Positions 1 through 6,638 of a DNA stretch of 33,289 bases are shown here, one piece after another. The DNA is from a virus (lineage: Duplodnaviria > Caudoviricetes): IMG/VR virus record IMGVR_UViG_3300042431_000197, positions 1 to 33,289 of that record. One strand, 5' to 3'. The stretch's first letter is position 1. Every line of letters starts with the position of its first letter. The position numbers and the translations under genes were made by a program. The notes under the pieces are model-generated. The model made no database searches and was not told where the DNA came from. It worked only from the letters and a program-made list of their open reading frames with translations.

Positions 1-171
1 TCTTTTCAGCTTTCTGAATATCTTTTACTTTATCAATTGGTATTGGTAATCCGTTATACCATTCAAAAAACTCTTTTAAGAATTTAGTTTCTTGCTTTGT
101 AAGTTCAAAAGGTTTACTGAAAGGAAATAATCTATTTAAAGCTTCTTTTCTTTCGTTACATTTTGCACAAG
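1..171. repeat. Terminal direct repeat, copy 1 (likely circular-assembly overlap)
   Basis: 1-171 is identical to 33119-33289 except T128/C33246. Confidence 0.95.
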
Positions 172-229
172 GTTTAATTCCTACTGCGGTTGTAATATCT
201 GCTATTACATCTCCAAGTCCTTTAGCCAT
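1..229 (-). CDS. 5' part of a 112-aa hypothetical protein with two CxxC motifs that spans the circular junction (continues 33118->33009)
   Basis: ATG at 229 reads MAKGLGDVIADITTAVGIKPCAKCNERKEALNRLFPFSKPF..., in frame with the 33009..33248 ORF across the terminal repeat. Confidence 0.85.
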   Translation of the reverse strand, partial: MAKGLGDVIADITTAVGIKPCAKCNERKEALNRLFPFSKPFELTKQETKFLKEFFEWYNGLPIPIDKVKDIQKAEK

Positions 230-690
230 ATTTTATGTTTTATTTTCTTTAAACCTCTATACAATACCGAGTATTCTATTCCTGTTTTCTTTGATAGGTT
301 TGCAATACTTGTGCCTTTAAAGTGTTTTACTATTTCGTTGTTTTCGTTTGTTATAACTCGACCGCATATAGCATCAACTAATAACTGCTCCCACTTTGTT
401 AAGTTCTTAATTTCGTAATTTATTAACGTGTTTTGCTCATCAATTATATTTGGGAACTCATCAACTAAAATAACTCTATTTTTTGTAAGACTTTTTTTCT
501 TACTATCTAACCAAACAGACTTAATCGTAAAATATAAGTAAGCATCATTTATTTCATCAAATTTCTTGCCACTATCATAAATCTTTAAGTAAGCATCTTG
601 TAAAATATCTTTTGCACTATCGTAATCGCCTGTAAAATTATAAGCAATTTTTAATAGTTGTGTTTGATGTTTAACAAGTTGGTCAAGCAT
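205..690 (-). CDS. Phage sigma-70/ECF-like RNA polymerase sigma factor
   Basis: Region-2-like LLKIAYNFTGDYDSAKDILQDAYLKIY and a C-terminal region-4 HTH SIANLSKKTGIEYSVLYRGLKKIK; 161 aa. Confidence 0.8.
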   Translation of the reverse strand: MLDQLVKHQTQLLKIAYNFTGDYDSAKDILQDAYLKIYDSGKKFDEINDAYLYFTIKSVWLDSKKKSLTKNRVILVDEFPNIIDEQNTLINYEIKNLTKWEQLLVDAICGRVITNENNEIVKHFKGTSIANLSKKTGIEYSVLYRGLKKIKHKIWLKDLEM

Positions 691-888
691 TTATTTTTTA
701 CGTTTTCGTGTTTGTTTTGGCTTTTGAACAATAACAATTTCTTTTTCTGATTCACTTTCAAGTGCAATAACAAAATCTTTATCGATTAATAATTTTGCTC
801 TTTCGTTTGATGTTTCAAACTCTGCTCCAACAAACATATTTTGGTTAAGTTCCTTGTCTGTATATGGTTTTATAACTTTTACTTTCAT
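691..888 (-). CDS. Hypothetical small phage protein
   Basis: 65-aa ORF with an A-rich start context that abuts the sigma gene; basic C-terminal tail. Confidence 0.75.
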   Translation of the reverse strand: MKVKVIKPYTDKELNQNMFVGAEFETSNERAKLLIDKDFVIALESESEKEIVIVQKPKQTRKRKK

Positions 889-909
889 TTTTTAATTATT
901 TGATTTAGA

Positions 910-917
910 CAAAATTA
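910..917 (-). promoter_or_regulatory. Putative Bacteroidota housekeeping -7 promoter element (TAATTTTG)
   Basis: Matches the TAnnTTTG consensus; intergenic, about 20 nt upstream of ATG 888 that leads into the sigma gene. Confidence 0.5.
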
Positions 918-941
918 GTAATTTATTTTTAATAAACAATA

Positions 942-1166
942 TTATTTTGTAAATATTTCATTATAATCAGCATCTTGACCACACCACCAAGTTTTTACAT
1001 TTTCTTTTGTTGTGTCTTCTAACCAACAGGAACGCCAATCTAAAGTCCATACGCTTCTTTTACCTATCATTTTACCATCTATAACTTTCCAAACGATATT
1101 ATTACCATCTATTGAAGAATATGTATTGTTTAAACTTAAAACTGATTTTATTATTGTATCTCTCAT
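942..1166 (-). CDS. Hypothetical protein
   Basis: 74-aa Trp-rich ORF, co-directional, A-rich leader. Confidence 0.65.
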   Translation of the reverse strand: MRDTIIKSVLSLNNTYSSIDGNNIVWKVIDGKMIGKRSVWTLDWRSCWLEDTTKENVKTWWCGQDADYNEIFTK

Positions 1167-1178
1167 TTTGTTATTTTT

Positions 1179-1448
1179 TTAATTACGAAGCATTGTAATA
1201 GGATTTATATTTTGATTCCAAAAATCTTTTTGTAATACTGGTGTTATTTCTTGTACTTTATTTTCAGTTTTTGTATTATACCCTCTTTTATTTCTAATAC
1301 TTTTAACCTGCGCTGGTGTTAAACTTAGATTGTTATCGCTTAAAAATTTGCGTATTGTTGCAAAAGAAATATTTAATTGATTTTTAATTTCTTTAATAGG
1401 CAAAGTTAATCTATTTTCTATTATAAATTCTTCTTGTTGTAGTGTCAT
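1179..1448 (-). CDS. Hypothetical protein with HTH-like N-terminus
   Basis: LPIKEIKNQLNISFATIRKFL resembles a helix-turn-helix. Confidence 0.6.
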   Translation of the reverse strand: MTLQQEEFIIENRLTLPIKEIKNQLNISFATIRKFLSDNNLSLTPAQVKSIRNKRGYNTKTENKVQEITPVLQKDFWNQNINPITMLRN

Positions 1449-1570
1449 ATTACTTTTTATTGTTATATAAACCCCAATTTTTAGGGTTTATCTTGTTGTT
1501 AAAAGTTAAATTATTTTTCTTGTTAGTGTTTTCATAATTTTGTAATACATTTTTTGTAACAATCAATTAG

Positions 1571-1777
1571 TTAGGCACAATTTATACCCAGTTCAATTAA
1601 ATCTTCTACTCTTGCTTTTCGCCAAACCTTTATATCTGGACTTTCATCTCCAACAAAGTCACAAACTGTTTTGTAAACTTCTACTTTTATTTGCCAACCA
1701 AATAAGGTTTTGCGAATACGGTATTTTCCTGTTAATCTTCTCATAATAAAACTGTGCCTAACAAAGTGTATAAGCAA
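1571..1777 (-). CDS. Hypothetical cassette-1 protein (start TTG 1777 inside attC1, or ATG 1744)
   Basis: The ORF fills the cassette exactly; its TAA stop is the TTA of the GTTAGGC core site at 1570-1576. Confidence 0.7.
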   Translation of the reverse strand: MLIHFVRHSFIMRRLTGKYRIRKTLFGWQIKVEVYKTVCDFVGDESPDIKVWRKARVEDLIELGINCA

Positions 1778-1879
1778 TAGCCGTTAGGTGTTTCAAACTA
1801 TTGCAGTTGTTAATATTAAATTTTATACCTCTAATCAAGTTTCGTGTTCGGCTACTGCTCATACACTTAGCCGTTAGCG
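1756..1879 (+). repeat. attC-like site 1
   Basis: GCCTAAC (1756-1762); arms AAGTGTATAAGCAATAGCCG (1764-1783) and CGGCTACTGCTCATACACTT (1849-1868) are 18/20 complementary; GTTAGCG (1873-1879). Confidence 0.8.
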
Positions 1880-1914
1880 ATAATGCTACAAGTAGGTTAA
1901 ATAAGAAAATATCT

Positions 1915-2775
1915 TTAAAATAATTCTGGTTGAGATATTCTAATATTAAGTCTTTTTTCTGCATATTTACATTGTTCTTCTGATATTTCACTTCCAATAT
2001 AATTTCTTTTTTCAATTATACAAGCATTTGCAGTTGTGCCGGTTCCCATAAAGCTATCATAAATCAAATCATTTTCTTTTGTATAAAGTAACAATAGCTT
2101 TCTAACTAATTCAGTTGAGTAGGTTGCCTTATTCAAATCATTGCTTCCATCATTGTTTGACGCTTCAATATAGTTATAAAAAACATCATAAAAATCTTGT
2201 CCCTTATTTGATGTAGTTGTTACCTTCTTGTTTGTGTTAAAAGTTAGGTATTCAGTTTTTCTAACAAACACAAATACAAATTCACAAATTCGTGTTAGTT
2301 TATTTTTACTTGTTGTGTTTGGTAAAGCGGTTGTTTTTTTCCAACTAATACAATCAGCAACAGTAAATTCAGTTCGTTTTATTATTTCAGCAATTAGCAA
2401 CCACATTGTTTCAACACTTTCGTTTCCGTATGAAATATTGTAAAGCACACAGCCATCTTTTTCTAAAATAGTATTATAGGCTTTAAATAATTCAATAGTC
2501 CAATCAATGTATTCATCACTTGATTTTGTGTCTAAATACTTATCGTATCGCTTATCTTGGCTATAAACACGAACACCTTTTACTATTTTGTTGCTCCAAT
2601 ATTCAATTCTACCACCAGTATTATAAGGCGGTGAAGTTATTACTGCATTTACTTTACCAGCTAATCTTTTCATAGTTAACAAGCAATCTTCATTATAAAT
2701 TTTGTTTATAAAATACGCACTATCGCTAACACTCGTTTGGCTCAATGCCTTATTTTCGTTTTTATCGTTTTTCAT
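1915..2775 (-). CDS. DNA amino-methyltransferase, beta-class N4-C/N6-A family (cassette 2)
   Basis: Catalytic motif IV TSPPY precedes SAM-binding motif I DSFMGTGTT..A and GSEIS; the first ~20 aa are encoded by attC2. ATG 2775 (GTG 2778). Confidence 0.92.
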   Translation of the reverse strand: MKNDKNENKALSQTSVSDSAYFINKIYNEDCLLTMKRLAGKVNAVITSPPYNTGGRIEYWSNKIVKGVRVYSQDKRYDKYLDTKSSDEYIDWTIELFKAYNTILEKDGCVLYNISYGNESVETMWLLIAEIIKRTEFTVADCISWKKTTALPNTTSKNKLTRICEFVFVFVRKTEYLTFNTNKKVTTTSNKGQDFYDVFYNYIEASNNDGSNDLNKATYSTELVRKLLLLYTKENDLIYDSFMGTGTTANACIIEKRNYIGSEISEEQCKYAEKRLNIRISQPELF

Positions 2776-2845
2776 CACGTTTATTTTTAATGATTAAATT
2801 TAGTTTTCATAACTCGGCACTAAGCCAAGCGAGGGGACGTTATGG
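2724..2845 (+). repeat. attC-like site 2
   Basis: CGCTAAC (2724-2730); arms CTCGTTTGGCTCAATGCC (2732-2749) and GGCACTAAGCCAAGCGAG (2816-2833) are 15/18 complementary; GTTATGG (2839-2845). Confidence 0.82.
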
Positions 2846-2851
2846 TTAATG

Positions 2852-3835
2852 CTACGTGAAGCATTCACAAGGAAATAAATCTTGTGTAGATTGTTTTAAA
2901 TAATGTTTTGCTGACTTCCAAAATTTATGACTTGATATGTGTTCATTTGCTGGAATACCTATTTCTTTCATTCTTTTAAAAGTCGGTTCAACTTCTTTTA
3001 AAAATCCAAAATTTCCAAATGAATGCCCTATTCTTTCCTCTGATAATTTAGCTCTTTCAAAAGTTTCATTATCTTCACAATATACAACGTACCAATGTTG
3101 TTGACCAGCTTTTAAACATCCTTTACAATTTGCGTGTTTCCAAACTTTATATGTTAAAGGTGGTTCAATACCAATTTCTTTAGTTGAGTTAATAGTTTTT
3201 TCTTTTCCGTCGTATTCTGTAATTTCTAAAAGATTGTGCTTTATAGCTTCTTCAATAACATCTAATGGTAATTTATGTAATTTAGATTTGTTAGCTTTGT
3301 TGTAGGTTTTTAAAAGTTCGTTAATTTTAAAATCATTATATTTTTTTATCAACTCAAAAGACCATAAAGCCAAAGGAAAATCTGTTTCAATTCCATCTTG
3401 AATAAGAATTGATTTTCTTCTTTCAACTCTATTTAATTCATCACTATCAAAACCATAATAACAGCAAACACTTTCTTTTTCTACTGATTTTAAATAATCA
3501 TAAAAAGGTTCTGTTTTTAAGGCATAAGTGCATAATATTTGTCTATTATGTGGGTTTACAAATGTTTTTCTTTCTTCACATACTTCAAATTGATTAGGAA
3601 TGTCATTTTCATTTTCAATTCCTTTTATGTTTGCAAAAGTTATCGGTAAACCTAAATAATCAGCAATTTCTTTTTTAAACCTTTTAATATCCGCATCTTC
3701 ATATCTTGGATTAATATTATGATTTAGTAAAATAACATTTTCTTTACCAAATAATTTAACCACTTCAATAGCAACTAAAGCAGATGAATGCCCTCCAGAG
3801 TAACAAACTATGTGTTTAGTATTTTTCATAAACAA
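2852..3835 (-). CDS. PP-loop (PAPS-reductase-like / adenine nucleotide alpha-hydrolase) protein with Cys cluster (cassette 3)
   Basis: N-terminal HIVCYSGGHSSA PP-loop; CTYALKTEP, YYGFDSDE..R, HANCKGCLKAG and a C-terminal CEC. Confidence 0.75.
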   Translation of the reverse strand: MFMKNTKHIVCYSGGHSSALVAIEVVKLFGKENVILLNHNINPRYEDADIKRFKKEIADYLGLPITFANIKGIENENDIPNQFEVCEERKTFVNPHNRQILCTYALKTEPFYDYLKSVEKESVCCYYGFDSDELNRVERRKSILIQDGIETDFPLALWSFELIKKYNDFKINELLKTYNKANKSKLHKLPLDVIEEAIKHNLLEITEYDGKEKTINSTKEIGIEPPLTYKVWKHANCKGCLKAGQQHWYVVYCEDNETFERAKLSEERIGHSFGNFGFLKEVEPTFKRMKEIGIPANEHISSHKFWKSAKHYLKQSTQDLFPCECFT

Positions 3836-4109
3836 CTTTTGTTTTAGGATTTAAACTTTCTAAATATTCAATAGCCCATTCTAATTTAGGATAAGACAAA
3901 TCGCATTCAGTTGAAAATGTATAAATACCATTTAAACATAATTCCTCATCTTTATAAAATTTCCATCCTTTAAATAATCCAAATATTCCATTATCAAAAT
4001 ATTGAGGATAAAATCTATTATCTTTTTCAATAATTCTGTTTTTGAAATCCGCACTAACCATAACACTCGTTTGGCTCAATGCCTTATTTTCGTTTTTATC
4101 GTTTTTCAT
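3816..4109 (-). CDS. Hypothetical protein (cassette 3), N-terminus encoded by attC3
   Basis: Starts MKNDKNENKALSQTSV, identical to the MTase N-terminus; overlaps the next gene. Confidence 0.75.
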   Translation of the reverse strand: MKNDKNENKALSQTSVMVSADFKNRIIEKDNRFYPQYFDNGIFGLFKGWKFYKDEELCLNGIYTFSTECDLSYPKLEWAIEYLESLNPKTKVVYEKY

Positions 4110-4179
4110 TACTTTTTATTTTAATGATTAAATTTAGTTTTCATAACTCGGCACTAAGCCAAGCGAGGGAACGTTATAT
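4058..4179 (+). repeat. attC-like site 3 (near-identical to site 2)
   Basis: 4061-4177 matches 2727-2843 with 5 differences in 117 bp; CCATAAC ... GTTATAT ends. Confidence 0.82.
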
Positions 4180-4180
4180 A

Positions 4181-4264
4181 AAATAAAACCCACATATCAA
4201 AAGGTCGTCGTCTTTATCAATGTGGGAATTTGTTAAAATTTTAAATGTAGCGACGACTCTACTG
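4181..4264 (-). ncRNA. Two-hairpin kissing-loop leader RNA, copy A
   Basis: Hairpin 1 GTAG-AGTCGTCG-CTAC (4262-4247); hairpin 2 CCCACAT..AAAG-ACGACGAC-CTTT..ATGTGGG (4226-4189), then a U-rich tract. Confidence 0.7.
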
Positions 4265-4267
4265 ATG

Positions 4268-4275
4268 CAAATATA
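4268..4275 (-). promoter_or_regulatory. Bacteroidota -7 promoter element TATATTTG
   Basis: TAnnTTTG consensus; the same TATATTTGCA precedes all three leader RNAs. Confidence 0.7.
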
Positions 4276-4280
4276 TAAAT

Positions 4281-4448
4281 TTATTTTAATTGTACCGCTT
4301 TATAATAATAATTTTTGTTTTTATTTAGTGTTTGGTATTCGTAAAATGTGATTTCTTTAATAAACTCTTTAGAAGTTTCTTTATGTATCGCAATTAGTTT
4401 TAATTTAGTGTTTGGGTCTAATGCGTAGGGTTGTTTATTTTTTACCAT
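4281..4448 (-). CDS. Hypothetical 55-aa protein (not in ORF track)
   Basis: MVKNKQPYALDPNTKLKLIAIHKETSKEF...; start overlaps the end of ninG and the ORF fills the gap. Confidence 0.55.
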   Translation of the reverse strand: MVKNKQPYALDPNTKLKLIAIHKETSKEFIKEITFYEYQTLNKNKNYYYKAVQLK

Positions 4449-5037
4449 ATTCTTTTATTTTAATATCATATTGTAATTTTTTAGCTATTAATTCTTCTTT
4501 AGTATATTTTTTCACTCGATTAATATCACAAATATTGTCTAAATTTGTGACATAATCTATTCCATAACGCTTAATTAAACCTTTTCGGAAATTTAATTCA
4601 TTACCATTCATAAATCTGTTACATTTTCTGCATTGTTTATGGCAATTATTTTCGTTAAATATCAATCCTGAATAAATTTCTGCTTTGTAGAAATGACCAC
4701 CATCAAATAAATCTGCGGTTGTAGTATCGCAACTTATACAAGGTTTATCGCTATCACGCAATCTTATCCACTTTTGAAACGATTTTCTTGCTTCTTGCTT
4801 ATATTCTCCTATTGTTTTAAGTTTTGCTCTTAAATCGCTTTTAAATGCTTTTGCTTTATCTGACTTAACTTTTAAGTTTATTTTATTAAAAACAACTTTT
4901 CCAGCATCTGAGTTAAATAAGAAATCAGATAAGCAGGAACTGCATAAACCAAACGTTCTATATAAAGTCATTTTTCCACAACCTTTAACCATTCGTGCCT
5001 TATTGATTCCTTTGCAGGGTTTTTCTTTTATATCCAT
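4435..5037 (-). CDS. ninG: NinG/Rap-like recombination endonuclease
   Basis: FQKWIRLRD..PCISC, DGGHF, FNENNCHKQCRKCN, and FRKGLIKRYG match the lambda NinG family pattern. Confidence 0.85.
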   Translation of the reverse strand: MDIKEKPCKGINKARMVKGCGKMTLYRTFGLCSSCLSDFLFNSDAGKVVFNKINLKVKSDKAKAFKSDLRAKLKTIGEYKQEARKSFQKWIRLRDSDKPCISCDTTTADLFDGGHFYKAEIYSGLIFNENNCHKQCRKCNRFMNGNELNFRKGLIKRYGIDYVTNLDNICDINRVKKYTKEELIAKKLQYDIKIKEYGKK

Positions 5038-5879
5038 TCTGTATTTATATTATTATTATCTGTTTCGTATGGCAACCAATCTTTGTTTACATCAAAATTA
5101 ATAGGCTCAAAAGGTATATTTCTTGAGTATTCACATTTTGCAGTTGTTATATTATCGTTTTTTTCTATAAATACAACAGTTTCAGCTTTCTTTAATACAC
5201 TACTTCCAACGTGTCCTACTGGTTTTGATGTTCCAAAATTCTTATGCAATATTCCTGTGCAGTGCATATTACCTTTTGCAGTCCATTGTAGCAATTTTTC
5301 AGTTAAACCAGTTGATTGTTCTAAACTATTAAAGTCTGTTACCAAATCTACATATCCATCAATCGACATTAAACCAATATTATTTTTAAACTCGCTTTCG
5401 TAAACTATCCAATCAATAAAATCAAATCGTTCTTTTGGTGTGTATTGTCTTAAGCAAAATGTTTTATAAAATTCATAGTTTCCACCTATCATTTCTAAAA
5501 CTCTTCTTTGAACTCTTTGCGTATGAAAAGATGATTGTTCTGTATCGAACGAAATTACAAATTTATTTTGAGTATTATGCCCTTTTATTGATGGATTTAA
5601 TATGTTTGATTTACCACCAATATAACCAGCTTCAATCATAGATTTAAAAAATGTTTTTCTTGACTTTGATGCTCCTACTATACAACTGAAATCTCCATAA
5701 CTTCCAAATGGTATTGGATACATTGTGTTTTTATATTCACTTTCACGAATTGAAATAGCTATTGGTTGTTGTTTAATTTCTTCGCTTGGGTCAATTAAAG
5801 CTTCTTTAAATATTTTACTAAAATCAATTTCATTTAAAACTATTTCAGTTGTTTCTGGTATTATAATTTTTTCAAACAT
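5028..5879 (-). CDS. RecA-like P-loop ATPase, putative replicative helicase domain
   Basis: Variant Walker A IVGASKSRKT, FDTEQ, Walker B-like MSIDG, ILHKN..GHVGS; located in the replication module. Confidence 0.7.
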   Translation of the reverse strand: MFEKIIIPETTEIVLNEIDFSKIFKEALIDPSEEIKQQPIAISIRESEYKNTMYPIPFGSYGDFSCIVGASKSRKTFFKSMIEAGYIGGKSNILNPSIKGHNTQNKFVISFDTEQSSFHTQRVQRRVLEMIGGNYEFYKTFCLRQYTPKERFDFIDWIVYESEFKNNIGLMSIDGYVDLVTDFNSLEQSTGLTEKLLQWTAKGNMHCTGILHKNFGTSKPVGHVGSSVLKKAETVVFIEKNDNITTAKCEYSRNIPFEPINFDVNKDWLPYETDNNNINTEWI

Positions 5880-6378
5880 TTTTATAAGTATTTAACGCAA
5901 GTGTTATTGTAGCGTTTAAGTTATTGTAAATATTATCTTCACTCCAAAGGTCGCAAACTTCTAAAAACTCATTTGCATCTATTTTATTGCAAATATCGGT
6001 ATTATATTTAAAATTTTCTTTTAAGTCAAATTTTGACATCATACTCCAAGTATCTTTTAAACCTTTGTTTTCAAAATAATTTTTTATCTCTAATACATTT
6101 GCCTCTTTTCTAAACTCGTTGTATAAACCATCTAAAGGCATTTTAAGTATTTTATTTACATTAGATTGTGCAAGGTCAAAATTTCTTACTATTCGCATTT
6201 GAGTAATAAAATTCATAATGTATAATTTTGCAAATAGTTTGTTTTCTTGTACTTCGGTTTTGTTTACGTTGTTTATAAATTCAATTATAGAATTTAAAGC
6301 ATCGGCATCAGTTCCGTTTGGTTTATTTTGTTTTGATATTGTAAAACCTAATCTTTTAATTGCATCTGATATTTTCAT
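5872..6378 (-). CDS. Hypothetical protein (replication module)
   Basis: 168-aa ORF overlapping both neighbours. Confidence 0.75.
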   Translation of the reverse strand: MKISDAIKRLGFTISKQNKPNGTDADALNSIIEFINNVNKTEVQENKLFAKLYIMNFITQMRIVRNFDLAQSNVNKILKMPLDGLYNEFRKEANVLEIKNYFENKGLKDTWSMMSKFDLKENFKYNTDICNKIDANEFLEVCDLWSEDNIYNNLNATITLALNTYKNV

Positions 6379-6638
6379 AACTTATCAATTTTAGGCTCTG
6401 TATAACATCTTATCCAATAACAAACTACTTGAGTTGTTAATTTATAATTAACTCCATATTTTCCAAGAGAACCAAGTCTAATAGCTTCAATTACTTCTTC
6501 TATTTTTCTTTTACCAAATTCATTTTTAATATCATTAAACATTTTTTCAACGTTTGGTATATCGCTTTCTAATCTTTCAGAAGCTATTAAAAGCATTGTT
6601 TTTAATTTAAAGCTCTGGGAATTGTTTTCGCATTTCAT
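6375..6638 (-). CDS. Hypothetical protein, possible helicase-loader/replisome accessory
   Basis: 87-aa ORF directly downstream of the initiator; function inferred from position only. Confidence 0.6.
   Translation of the reverse strand: MKCENNSQSFKLKTMLLIASERLESDIPNVEKMFNDIKNEFGKRKIEEVIEAIRLGSLGKYGVNYKLTTQVVCYWIRCYTEPKIDKL

Larger units (their letters stand above)
1570..4179 (+). mobile_element. Integron-like cassette array without integrase: three cassettes (1571-1873, 1874-2839, 2840-4173)
   Basis: Three attC-like imperfect palindromes bounded by ...TAAC and GTTA...; each cassette's first 14 nt are 13/14 complementary to the 14 nt ending at its own AAC. Confidence 0.8.

Noticed and set aside
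1756-1879. attC-like palindromes read as intrinsic terminators
   Set aside because: The loops are about 65 nt, there is no adjacent U-tract, and a terminator would not explain the cross-cassette complementary flanks.
1758-2015. 85-aa minus-strand ORF in the track
   Set aside because: It overlaps the MTase 3' end out of frame and crosses a cassette junction and attC1. Only the internal 34-codon part is kept, as a possible leader peptide.
2727-4177. 117-bp direct repeat read as CRISPR, IS ends or simple gene duplication
   Set aside because: There are only two copies, 1.3 kb apart, with no spacers, cas or transposase genes. Identity ends at the TAAC/GTTA cores, and a third site of different sequence has the same architecture.
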